A DNA stretch of 64,000 bases, from NCBI RefSeq assembly GCF_035084215.1, contig NC_090338.1, positions 44,392,001 to 44,456,000 of the forward strand, read 5' to 3'. Positions 1 through 12,519 of the stretch are shown here, one piece after another. Both the position numbers and the translations under genes were made by a program. Numbering within the stretch: position 1 is the stretch's first letter; each line of letters starts with the position of its first letter. The notes beneath the pieces are model-generated. The model saw only the letters and a program-made list of their open reading frames with translations, was not told the origin of the DNA and did not search any database. Source of the DNA: Heptranchias perlo. Lineage: Eukaryota.

Positions 1-1015
1 CGGATAGGGTGGATAGAGGGAAACTATTTCCGCTGGTTGGGGATTCTAGGAGTAGGGGGCACAGTCTAAAAATTAGAGCCAGACCTTTCAGGAGCGAGAT
101 TAGAAAACATTTCTACACACAAAGGGTGGTAGAAGTTTGGAACTCTCTTCCGCAAACGGCAATTGATACTAGCTCAATTGCTAAATTTAAATCTGAGATT
201 GGTTGACAAAAAGCTATCTAAGGTATTAAGGGATATGGGCCAAAGGCGGGTATATGGAGTTAGATCACTGATCAGCCATGATCTTATCAAATGGCAGAGC
301 AGGCACGAGGGGCTGAATGGACTCCTCCTGTTCCTATGTTTCCTATGAATACAAGGGGGTAAAAGTTATGCTACAGCTATACAAAGCCTTGCCAGGTCAA
401 ACATGTTAAATATAACAAATATACAAATACGTCACAGGTGTTAATATTTATCAAGCTCAAAATGCTTGCTATTTCAATGAATAGCAGGCAACCACCTGGA
501 GTAGTGTGGTTAGCCACCTTAGGAGGGATATATTGGCCTTGGAGGATGTGCACCGTAGATTTACTAAAATGATACCTGGACTCCAAGAGTTAAATTACGA
601 GGAGAGATTACACGAACTAGGGTTGTATTCCCTGGCATTTAGAAGATTAAGGGGTGATTTGATTCAAGTTTTCAAGATATTAAGGGGAACTGATAGGGTA
701 GATAGAAATTATTTCTACTGGTTGAGGAGTCTAGGACTAGGGGACATAGCCTAAAAGTTAGAGTCAGGACTTTCAGGAGCGAAGTTAGTAAACACTTCTA
801 CGCGCAAAGGGTGGTAGAAGTCTGGAACTCTCTTCCGCAAATGGCAGTTGATGCTAGCTCAAATCTGAAATTGATAGATTTTTGTTAACCAAAGGTATTA
901 AGGGATATGGGGCTAAGGCGAGTATATGGAGTTAGGTCACATATCATCAGCCATGATCTCACTGAAGGACGGAACAGGCTGGAGGTGCTAAATGGCCTAC
1001 TCCTGCTCTTATGTC
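1..1015 (+). mobile_element. Two tandem CR1 3' fragments
   Basis: RGHSLKI..FYTQRVVEVWNSLP and RRLRGDLI motifs, followed by the CR1 3' UTR hairpin and TTCCTATG tail. Confidence 0.85.
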
Positions 1016-2108
1016 CTGAAGAGAGGAGTACTGAGTGGAATGTCTCAGGGATCAGTACTGAGACCTGTACGGTTTCTAATTTACATAAAGTACCTGGATT
1101 CAATGCAGTGGCCAAGTACCAAACTGCTACGGGTAATGGAATCAGAAGAGGCAGCTCAGAAACCACAGTATGAAAGAAAGACTTGCATTTATATAGTGTC
1201 TTTAATGACCTCAGGCCATCCCAAGGCACTTTACAGCCAATGAAGTAGTTCTGAAGTGTGGTCACTGTTGTAATGTAGTAATGTAATGAGTTGGATAAGA
1301 TGTGTAATTGGGCATAACAATGGTAGATGAAATTTAATGCAGAAAAATGTAAAGGGCTACACAAAGGAACATAAAAATAGACGCTACATGTACACCATGA
1401 ATGGTAGTGAAATAGCTAAGGATGAAGTTGAAAGAGAAGTTGGAGTCTTATAAGTAACATAAGAACATAACAAATAGAAGTAGGCCATATGGCCCCTGGA
1501 GCTTGCTTCGCCATTCATTAAGATCATGGCTGATCTTCGACCTTAACTCGACTTTCCCGCCTGATCCCCATATCCCTAGAGTTAGACTCAATGATAAGCA
1601 TGTCCAAACAATGGAAAGTAGGAATCAACAAAACTAATAGGATGTTGAACTACATAGCTGAAACAGTAGAATATAAGTCAGAGGTAATGATAAAACTTTT
1701 TAAAGTGCTCTCGTCAGACCGCATCTTGAATACTGCATCTTTGACCTTGTGAACAGAAGGATATTACAAATGAAACCATTTAAAAAGGAATAGAAAAAAG
1801 GAGGGAAACACACACAAGAAATATAGACCTGTGAAGTGCTTGAGTGGAAAACAGGAAATGTTTAAATGTTAGAAGTGATATTAGCATGTTTTCTTCCTTC
1901 CCCTTACAGTTGTCGTGAAACATAAAGGTACACACCTGAGTGTTCCCAATGTTTTCTATTTTTGTTTCCGATTTCCAGCATTTGCATTTATATTAGCAGT
2001 TTTGCAATACAAATTGACAACATAAGCCTCGAGTGATATCCTGATGTATCTTAAATGGAATATTTTCTTAATGGGGAGCGACTAGGAGCTGTTCAGGAAC
2101 AAAGTAGT

Positions 2109-3530
2109 TACAACACTGGCATCTACCCGACAATGTGGAAAATTGCCCAGGTATGCCCTGTCACAAAAAGCAGGACAAATTCAATCTGGCCAATTACCAC
2201 CCCATCAGTCTACTCTCAATCATCAACAAAGTGATGGAAGGTGTCGTCGACAGTGCTATCAAGCGGCACTTACTCACCAATAACCTGCTCACCGATGCTC
2301 AGTTTGGGTTCCGCCAGGACCACTCGGCTCCAGACCTCATTACAGCCTTGGTCCAAACATGGACAAAAGAGCTGAATTCTAGAGGTGAGATGAGAGTGAC
2401 TGCCCTTGACATCAAGGCAGCATTTGACCAAGTGTGGCACCAAGGAGCCCTAGTAAAATTGAAGACAATGGGAATCAGGGGGAAAACTCTCCAGTGGCTG
2501 GAGTCATACCTAGCACAAAGGAAGATGGTAGTGGTTGTTGGAGGCCAATCATCTCAACCCCAGGACATTGCTGCAGGTGTTCCTCAGGGCAGTGTCCTAG
2601 GCCCAAACACTTTCAGCTGCTTCATAAATGATCATCCCTCCATCATCAGGTCAGAAATGGGGATGTTCGCTGATGATTGCACAGTGTTCAGTTCCATTCG
2701 CAACCCCTCAGATAATGAAGCAGTCCATGCCCGTATGCAGGACAACATCCAGGCTTGAGCTGATAAGTGGCAAGTAACATTCGCACCAGACAAGTGCCAG
2801 GCAATGACCATCTCCAACAAGAGAGAATCTAACCACCTCCCCTTGACATTCAACGGCATTACCATCACCGAATTCCCCACCATCAACATCCTGGGGGTCA
2901 TCATTGACCAGAAACTTAACTGGACCAGCCACATAAAAACTGTGGCTACAAGAGCAGGTCAGAGGCTGGGTATTCTCTGGCGAGTGACTCACCTCCTGAC
3001 TCCCCAAAGCCTTTCCACCATCTACAAGGCACAAGTCAGGTATGTGATGGAATACTCTCCACTTGCCTGGATGAGTGCAGCTCCAACAACACTCAAGAAG
3101 CTCGACACCATCCAGGACAAAGCAGCCCGCTTGATTGGCACCCCATCCACCACCCTAAACATTCACTCCCTCCACCACTGGTGCAACGTGGCTGCAGTGC
3201 GTACCATCCACAGGATGCACTGCAGCAACTCGCCAAAGTTTCTTTGACAGCGCCTCCCAAACCCATGACCTGTACCACCTAGAAGGACAAGAGCAGCAGG
3301 CACATGGGAACAACACCACCTGCACATTCCCCTCCAAGCTGTTCCTTAATCATCGCTGGGTCAAAATCCTGGAACTCCCTATCTAACAGCACTGCGGGAG
3401 AACCTTCACCACACGGACTGCAGCGGTTCAAGAAGGCGGATCACCACCACCTTCTCAAGGGCAATTAGGGATCGCCAATAAATGCTGGCCTTGCCAGCGA
3501 CGCCCACATCCCATGAACGAATTTTTAAAA
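2109..3530 (+). mobile_element. CR1-group (Zenon-like) LINE 3' part, family B
   Basis: ALDIKAAFDQVWHQG, AGVPQGSVLGP, FADD, YKAQVR.VMEY; ends GCCCACATCCCATGAACGAAT(A)n. Clade label is tentative. Confidence 0.85.
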
Positions 3531-4145
3531 AAGGGATTTAGGTGTCCATGTACACATCACTTAAAGCTAGTGCACAATTACAAGAACAGGCTGATGGAAT
3601 GTTGGCCTTTCTCAAGCGGGTTGGAATACAAAAGTGAGGAAGTGATGCTTCAGTTGTACAGAACCTTGGTTAGACCTCATCTGGAATACTGCACTCAGTT
3701 TCAAGCACAGAACCTCAGGAAAGATATATTGGCCATGGAGCAGGTGATACCAGGGCTTAAAGGATTAAATTGAGGACACGTTGCATAAACTGGTTTGTAT
3801 TCCTTTGAGTTGAGGCAGTTATGGGGTGATCTAATCAAGGTCTTTAAAATGATAAAGGACCCTTTTCCTCTGGTGGGGGAATAATAAAATTACAGCTAGA
3901 CCAGTTAGGAGTAAAATCAGGAAGCACTTTTTCACACAGAGGGTAGTGGAAATCTCTTCCCCCAAAGTCTGTTAATGCTGGGCCAATTGAAATTTTCAAG
4001 ACTGAGATCAATAGATTTTTGTTAGGTAAGAGTATCAAGGGATATGGAACAATGGCAGGTAAATGGAGTTGAGGTACACATCAACCATGATCTAATTGAA
4101 TGGTGGCAAATACTCAAGGGACTGAATGGCTTACTTCTATTCCCA
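3531..4145 (+). mobile_element. Degenerate CR1 3' fragment
   Basis: LYRTLVRPHLEYC motif and CR1 3' UTR. Confidence 0.75.
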
Positions 4146-4734
4146 AAAATGCAATGGTGAGGCACCCCTTTATGGAGGTTGTCTCACACCATTTCAGCTC
4201 AATGATACTAAATTAGGTTTAAAAATGCTCGGACCCAAATCATGTCTAATGTTCTGAGACTATGGACACTCAAACTAAAGCCTTCGAAACATTAAAGTTT
4301 AGCAGTCAGAAGTAGAGCTATATGCATATATTTAAACATGCATTTGCAGAGCTTGCTCCCGACGGCAAGAATGAAGTTTATAACCTGCTGGCCTAAGACT
4401 GGGAACGTTGTCTGACTGCAGCTTTAGATCTTATTTATGACGGTGCATCTTTATGGTTGGATTGGTCAGTAAATCAAACTTAAATCTGCCATTATAAATT
4501 GCCCAATCTAGAGTCATGAATCAACACTAACAAACAAGCATCTATGGGATAGGTCTCCTGCCAGTAGACTCCTGACCCAAATTCATCAAAATCTTTTTCG
4601 TTCCCCCTCTTGCAAGCAATATGCTGTATTGTTTGCTATCGTGCGATATAAAAAAATTAAAGCACATTTTCAAAATGATTTTTACACTTGCATGTTACTT
4701 TTTCATTAAAAAATATAAAATGTTTGTTGTTTAT

Positions 4735-5790
4735 TTTTATTCATTAATGGGATCTTGACCCAGCAACAATGAAGGAACGGCGATATATTTCCAAGTTGGG
4801 ATGATGTGTGACTTGGAGGGGAACGTGCAGGTGGTGGTGTTCCCATGTGCCTGCTGCCCTTGTCCTTCTAGGTGGTAGAGGTCATGGGTTTGGGAGGTGC
4901 TGTCGAAGAAGCCTTGGCGAGTTGCTGCAGTGCATCCTGTAGATGGGACACACTGTAGCCGGTGGTGAAGGGAGTGAATGTTTAGGGTGGTGGATGGTGT
5001 GCCAGTCAAGCAGGCTGCTTTGTCCTGGATGATGTCGAACTTCTTGAGTGTTGTTGGAGCTGCACTCATCCAGGCAAGTGGAGAGTATTCCATCACACTC
5101 CTGACTTTTGCCTTGTAGATGGTGGAAAGGCTTTGGGGAGTCAGGTGGTGAGTCACTCACCGCAAAATACCCAGCCCCTGAACTGCTCTTGTAGCCACAG
5201 TGTTTATGTGGCTAGTCCAGTTAAGTTTCTGGTCAATGGTGGCCCTCAGGATATTGATGGTGGGGGATTCGGCGATGGTAATGCTGTTGAATGTCAAGGG
5301 GAGGTGGTTAGACTCTTGTTGGAGATGGTCTTTGCCTGGCACTTGTCTGGTGCGAATGTTACTTGCCACTCATCAGCCCAAGCCTGGATGTTGTCCACCT
5401 CTTGCTGCATGCGGGCATGGACTGCTTCATTATCTGAGGGGTTGCGAGGGGCTGAATGACCTACTCCTGCTCCTATTTTCTATGTTTCTATGAATGGAAC
5501 TGAACGCTGCAATCATCAGCGAACATCCCCATTTCTGACCTGATGATGGAGGGAAGGTCATTGATGAAGCAGCTGAAGATGGTTGGGCCTAGGACACTGC
5601 CCTGAGGACCTCCTGTAGCAATGTCCTGCGGCTGAGATGATTAGCCTCCAACAACCACTACCATCTTCCTTTGTGCTAGGTATGACTCCAGCCACTGGAG
5701 AGTTTTCCCCCTGATTCCCATTGACTTCAATTTCACTAGGGTCAAATGCTGCCTTGATGTCAAGGGCAGTCACTCTCACCTCACCTCTGG
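4735..5790 (-). mobile_element. Family B LINE fragment with a ~45-nt CR1 tail inserted at ~5447-5491
   Basis: Reverse complement of the 2109-3530 family. Confidence 0.82.
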
Positions 5791-6284
5791 AATAAGCACA
5801 TCCTGTGGCTAAACTACAACTCAAGGTCATCACATAAAGTGAAGATTTTTTCTTTGCGAAGCATCATTAATTAATTAATCTGGATATGTGTGCCATGAGT
5901 TTAGTCTGTCTGGCTGAAGGCTATACCAGGCGTTAGCTTTATCTATTAGGAACAGTTTGGACGTGCACGAATTACAGTTCGATAGTGATTAAAATATTTC
6001 AGTCTATTGTTTTATTACTTACTCTGCTCTCTGATTTAAAGAGGGGCAATGAGCCAAGCAGTTGGATTGTAGTGGTACCATTTTGCTGTAACAATAATGT
6101 TTGCATGTTTATCATGTATATCACCACTAGATGACATCATATCTGCTATGTGTGGCCAGCCTTCACCTGAGCTAAAGCTTAGTTTATATTGAGGCCTGAT
6201 GTAAAATGATGTTGAATATTTCTATTCATTGGTGGATTTAGTGTCACTGTTTCATTTTATAACTGGCATCAACACCAAACATTG

Positions 6285-7494
6285 AATGTACTCTGGGTGG
6301 GGACTTCAACATCCATCACCAAGAGTGGCTCGGTAGCACCACTAATGACCGAGCTGGCCGAGTCCTGAAGGACATAGCTGCCAGACTGGGCCTGCGACAG
6401 GTGGTGAGCGAACCAACACGAGGGAAAAACCTACTTGACCTCGTCCTCACCAAACTACCTGTCGCAGATGCATCTGTCCATGACAGTATTGGTAGGAGTG
6501 ACCACCGCACAGTCCTTGTGGAGACAAAGTCCGCGCTAAATGGGATAGATTCAGAACAGATCTGGCAGCTCAAAACTGGGCATCCGTGAGGCGCTGTGAG
6601 CCATCAGCAGCAGCAGAATTCTATTCCAGCACAATCTGTAACCTCATGCTCCGGAATATTCTCACACTACCATTACCAACAAGCCAGGGGATCAACCCTG
6701 GTTCAATGAGGAGCGTTGAAGAACACCCCAGAAGCAGCACCAGGTGTATCTAAAAATAAGGTGCCAACCTGGTGAAGCTATAACACAGGACTACATGCAT
6801 GCTAAACAGCGGAAGCAACATGCTATATACAGAGCTACGTGATTCCTTAAACAACGGATCAGAAAATAGCTCTGCAGTCCTGACACATCCAGTTGTGAAT
6901 GGTGGTGAACAATAAAACAACTAACGGGAGGAGGAGGGTCCATGAACATCCCCATCCTGAATGATGGCGGAGTCCAGCACGTGAGTGCAAAAGACAAGAC
7001 TGAAGCATTTGCAACCATCTTCAGCCAGAAGTGCCGAGTGGATGATCCATCTCGGTCTCCTCCTGATATCCCCAACATCACAGAAGTCAGTCTTCAGCCA
7101 ATTCGATTCACTCCACGTGATATCAAGAAACGGCTGAGTGCGCTGGATACAGCAAAGATTATGGGCCCTGACAACATCCTGACTGTAGTGCTGACGACTT
7201 GTGCTCCAGAAATAGCCGCACCTCTAGCCAAGCTGTTCCAGTACTGCTACAACACTGGCATCTACCAGACAATGTGGAAAATTGCCCAGGTATGCCGTCA
7301 CAAAAAGCAGGACAAATTCAATCCGGCCAATTACCGCCCCATCAGTCTACTCTCAATCATCAACAAAGTGATGGAAGGTGGCGTCGACAGTGCTATCAAG
7401 CGGCAATAACCTGCTCACCGATGCTCAATTTGGGTTCCGCCTGGACCACTCGACTCCAGACCTCATTACAGCCTTGGTCCAAACATGGACAAAA
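6285..7494 (+). mobile_element. Family B LINE, endonuclease end to RT N-terminus
   Basis: GDFN, EPTRGKNLLDLVLT, SDH, MGPDNI, NYRPISLLS. Confidence 0.85.
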
Positions 7495-7702
7495 GTGATA
7501 ACAGATTGTCAAAGATCTGGTTAGCCAGCACCTCTTGGGGTAATTGAGGCATGTCCAAAATACAATAATGATTGATTAGTCATTTTTGCAGGTAATAGAT
7601 CAACATTAGTCTGCTGACAGATGACAACATTTGAGAAATGTATTATACAGACCATGTATTATTCTATAAGTATAAATGCGTAGGCTTCAAGGAGCTCTTG
7701 AC

Positions 7703-7831
7703 ATTTACCTGAGGAAGGAGGAAGCCTCCGAAAGCTTGTAGATTTCAAATAAAAATTGTTGGACTATAACTTGGTGTTGTAAAATTGTTTACAATTGTCA
7801 ACCCCAGTCCATCACCGGCATCTCCACATCA
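7703..7831 (+). mobile_element. PLE terminal module with hammerhead motif and tail
   Basis: ATTTAC-CTGAGGA-A-GGAGGAAGCCTCC-GAAA-GCTT-GTAGAT, then AATAAA and the same tail ending CTCCACATCA. Sequence from ~7495 may be PLE 3' UTR. Confidence 0.82.
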
Positions 7832-7837
7832 TTACTA

Positions 7838-8405
7838 CAATTGTACAGGGCTTTAGTTAGACCATACCTGGAGTACCGTGTACAATTTTGGTCTCCTTAC
7901 CCAAGAAAGGATATACTTGCCTTAGAGGCAGTGCACCAAAGGTTCACTAGCTTGATTCCTAAGATGAGAAGGTTGTCCTATGAGGAAACATTGAGTAGAA
8001 TGGGCCTATACTCTCGAGTTTAGAAGAATGAGAGGTGATCTCATTGATTCTAAGGCTTGACGGGGTAGATGCTGAGAGATTGTTTTCCCTTGTCTGGAGA
8101 GTCTAGAACTAGGGAACATAGTCTCAGGATAAGGGGTCGGATATTCAGGATTGAAAGGAGGAGGAATTTTTTCACTCAGAGAGTCGTGAATATTTGGAAT
8201 TCTCTACCCGAGGGCTATGGATGCTCAGTCGTTGAGTATATTCAAAACTGAGATCGATAGATTTTCTAGCGCAATCGAGGGATATGGGGAATCGGGCAGG
8301 AAAGTGGAGTTGAGGTCAAAGATCAGCCACGATCTTATTGAATGGTGGAGCTGGCTTGAGGGGCCATATGGTCTACACCTGCTCCTATTTTTTTATGTTC
8401 TTATG
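7838..8405 (+). mobile_element. CR1 3' fragment
   Basis: YRALVRPYLEY..QFWSP; CR1 3' UTR. Confidence 0.82.
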
Positions 8406-10021
8406 TTAAAGACTGCATGTGACTTGCTTCATCCAGCAAGACCCATTCTCTGGTTCATGGCACTTTTGAGGTAGATGAACTGTTAAGCACAGCTGATGGC
8501 ATTATTTCTGACTTGCAGACAAAGAAATTAAAAAACGAGGCAAAGAAAATACATTTTATTTCATACTCTGCTAATGTGTTCTCATTCAAAACATGGCAAT
8601 TTCTTTCAATAGACAACTAAGGATCTATTGGCAAATCTTGTTCATTTTCAGTACAAATTGTTGATAAAGGTGTTACAGATGTGAATTGTAGCCAAATGGT
8701 CCAGCCCTTGGTTTATCATGGCAGAAATTGATCTCTTTAATGCCAATTTTTCCCTTTCTCTCAAAGCTATTAACTTTTTGCTAGGTGCAGTAAGCCACCT
8801 GCATACTTATTTATATACCTGGATTTAAGCACCAATACATTTAAAAGTCACAAAGTACAAACACAACTAATTTTGGAAAGCAAGAGTATTTTTCAGATAC
8901 CATAAAAGATATATGTTCCACACTGTTTTGTTTAAAAAAACAATTAAACTAAAATTGCTACTTTTAACAATTAAATAACTAAACGAACTATTTTCTCCCT
9001 AATGAATTTCTCATACCTATTTGGCCCTGCTCACAAAGAATCTCCAAAAATCTAATATGTCATCTGTATTCACTGCCCAAAAACAGTTGCGATTCCTGAC
9101 ACAGTTGATACAACAGGTTTGACGGAAAGCAGTATGGAACAAAGCAGTGCATTAACCTCAAAACAGTAAACTTTCAACATTAGTAATTTTATTTCCTTTG
9201 TCATATTTCAAACATCAATTCAAATCAGAATTTCTGAAGCATCTATTTCAACATATTGAAGATTAAGTGAACACTTCACAGAATACATTTTTACATAACC
9301 TACTAAAATACACAGATTATGGCATCTTAAAAAGTACACATGCATTCTGGGAGAGCACAAGCTGTTACCAACGATGCTAGATTAAAGCAGTTAAGTCAGA
9401 TTGCTACTCAAACAAGAGTTTTTATTGATTATTACAGCCTTTACACATAGCGCTATTCATAAAAAAGTAGTGCAGCATATTGGCAGTAGGAAGCCTATAA
9501 TTCTTGACAAAACCAAACCTCAGCTGTACAAAAATGAAAGAGTGGGGGCCAGGCACTTCTCCACAAGGTGAATCAGAAAACAGCAAGTCATCCAGGCCAC
9601 GGATTAGCAATGGTGAAGAATCAAAAATTTACCTGCTGGATGTCAAGGTCTGCGAATTGTGCAGGGCAAGAGAAAGTGCAAATGGAAAGAGGGAAAATTG
9701 TGAGACAAAAAGACTTGAAATCCTGGCCTTGTTACAAATCCACCATTTTTGTTAACAAGGGTTTCCTTCGCAACAGAAACTTCCAGTGATAATAGAGCCA
9801 ACAAAGCTCATATATAAATAGCTTTAGTTACTGGAAACTTGCTAAATTTAAATGGCATCACCAGAAAGTTGAATGCTGAAATTGTATTTCTAGAGTGAGT
9901 TTCAATCACTTTCATACTTCAGTTGTTAAAAGGATGCATGAAGAAATTGCCTACATTTACTATTTTGCATTTGCCAGTTTCAGGTGTTCCTGCATGAACA
10001 CTGACCGCCAGAGTAGAAAAT

Positions 10022-10191
10022 TCACTTATTCCTGCTCTTCATTGCAGTAGCTACTACACCCACCAGGATAGCAGCGACAGTGAAACCTTGGGCAAAGATA
10101 CGTGCTCGCATTAACACCTGAGATTGCCGAGTCTTGCCATGTTTAAAAGCGATCAAACCATAGGTAAGAGCACCTGCTGTGCCCAACATTC
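10022..10191 (-). CDS. HIGD2A: HIGD2A coding exon 2 (HIG1 domain, stop)
   Basis: TTTTATAG acceptor, phase 1 matches exon 1; reads (G)MLGTAGALTYGLIAFKHGKTRQSQVLMRARIFAQGFTVAAILVGVVATAMKSRNK*, with the HIG1 QxxMRxRIxAQGFT motif. Total 105 aa. Confidence 0.93.
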
Positions 10192-10969
10192 CTATAAAAG
10201 AAACAAGAAACCACTTAATCGTTTATCTTAAGACACTTAAAAAAAAAACTATAGTCCAGGGGCATTCAAGCTTTTGTCTTTGTGGGGCACACAGGTGCAC
10301 ATGCAGCCTTAGGGACAACATTATAAAGTTTAAATTGTGTTCCCATTTCAAGCTGTTGATAGTAACAGATCTTAATGTTCTGATTTAGGCCTTGATTTTA
10401 GCAGCACTGCGAAAAACCACCCTTTCCACATCTCCAGGCCCAACAAATTGAAAAATGACTAACTGGCAAATCACAAATATAAGCACAAATAGGACTGTAT
10501 TGTCTGGGCTTTGAGGGCAGTAGGTTTTGACACCTTGGCTTTAGTCTACATTATTTCAGCAACACAATAGCACTTTTCACCATTTATAGCATTGGGCACT
10601 TAACTCAAAATGTCATTCAAGGTTGGACTATAACCCGACCAATTCAACTGCCTTCACTAGTCAAGTTTTGGCAGAGTGGGCACTGTGTGGCAGTAGAACA
10701 CAAAAACTAAGTTTGAACTCTACAAACATTGTTGATGTGTTATAATTTTCTTTATTGCTCAACAGCATTTCATCAAGTTTTAGAATGAACATTTGAAAAA
10801 TCTGGTTGTAAACTAAAGGCCATCTCAAAATAAATTCTATAGCATCTAGATATATAGCAATATTGAACTTGAGACCACTCACTACAGTTAAGCTGACCAA
10901 TGTAATGTGGTAACGTACAGGATGGATCCTTAAATTTGGTCATTTTATATCTGTTGGATATTACATTCG

Positions 10970-12172
10970 AACATACAAATTAAGAGCATTCGGCCCCTCG
11001 AGCCTTCTCTGCCATTTGATAAGATCATGGCTGATCTGATTGTGACCTCAACCCTACTTTCCAGTCTACCTACTATAACCTTTGACTCCCTTGTTAATCA
11101 GGAATCTATCTAACTCAGCCTTAAAAATATTCAATGACCCTGCCTCCACCGCTCTCTGGGGAAGGGAGTTCCACAGACTCACAACCCTCAGAGGAAAAAT
11201 TTCTCCTCATCTCCGTCTTCAATGGGAGATCCCTTGTTTTTAAACTGCGGCCCCTAGTTCTAGTGTCTCCCACAAGGGGAAACATCCCCTCAGCATCTAC
11301 CCCTTCTAGTCCCCTCCGGATCTTATATGTTTCATAAGAACATAAGAAATAGGAGCAGGAGTAGGCCAGTCGGCCCCTCGAGCCTGCTCCGCCATTCAAT
11401 AAGATCATGGCTGATCTGATCCTAACCTCAAATCTAAATTCATGTCCAATTTCCTGCCCGCTCCCCGTAACCCCTAATTCCCTAAGATCTTCAATAAGAT
11501 TTTCAATAAGATCTTCACCACCGGCGCACTGTGGCTGCAGTGTGTACCATCCACAGGATGCAGTGCAGCAACTCGCCAAAGCTTCTTTGACAGCACCTCC
11601 CAAACCCACAACCTCTACCACCTAGAAGGACAAGAGCAGCAGGTACATGGGAACACCACCACCTGCACGTACCCCTCCAAGTCACACACCATCCTGACTT
11701 GGAAATATATCGCCGTTCCTTCATCGTCGCTGGGTCAAAATCCTGGAATTCCCTTCCTAACAGCACTGTGGGAGAACCTTCACCACACGGACTGCAGCGG
11801 TTCAAGAAGGCGGCTCACCACCACCTTCTCAAGGGCAATTAGGGACGGGCAATAAATGCCGGCCTCGCCAGTGACGCCCACATCCCATGAACGAATAAAA
11901 AAAATAAGATCACCTCTCATTCTTCTAAACTCCAGTGTATACAGGACAGATTAGTTTTGTTTTTCATTCACAGTAGCACACAATGGCAATTGATGCTAGC
12001 TCAATTGCTAAATTTAAATCTGAGATAGATAGCTTTTTGGCAACCAAAGGTATTAAGGGATATGGGCCAAAGGCAGGTATATGGAGTTAGATCACAGATC
12101 AGCCATGATCTTATCAAATGGCGGAGCAGTCTCGAGGGGCTGAAAGGCCTACTCCTGTTCCTATATTTCCTA
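10970..12172. mobile_element. Nested CR1 (-), CR1 tail (-), family B 3' end (+, ~11516-11905) and CR1 tail (+) in the HIGD2A intron
   Basis: Recognisable 3' ends of both families; AATAAGAT repeated at the nested junctions. Confidence 0.78.
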
Positions 12173-12519
12173 CAAGCCAGATTTTTGAACTGCACTAATG
12201 AGAGTTTTTGGAGATAATTTTGCATTTGAACAGTATAAAGGAACATCGTACTGGTAATTTTCATTTATATACAGTAAAAAAAAGGGAGACTTGCCTATAT
12301 ATATATATATATATACATATAAAAAAAGTTGCATACGTTATGACTTTTTGTACATTTCATTCTATTAACTTTTTTTTACAATTGGAATTGCAAGTGGTGA
12401 TCAGGGACACTTATATAAACTCAACACCAAAAGATCAGTAGACAGCAAAACGTTTATACTTTAACAATCAATTTCAGCTCTGTATGCCAAACAATGATTC
12501 AGTTTAAAAGCAATTAATT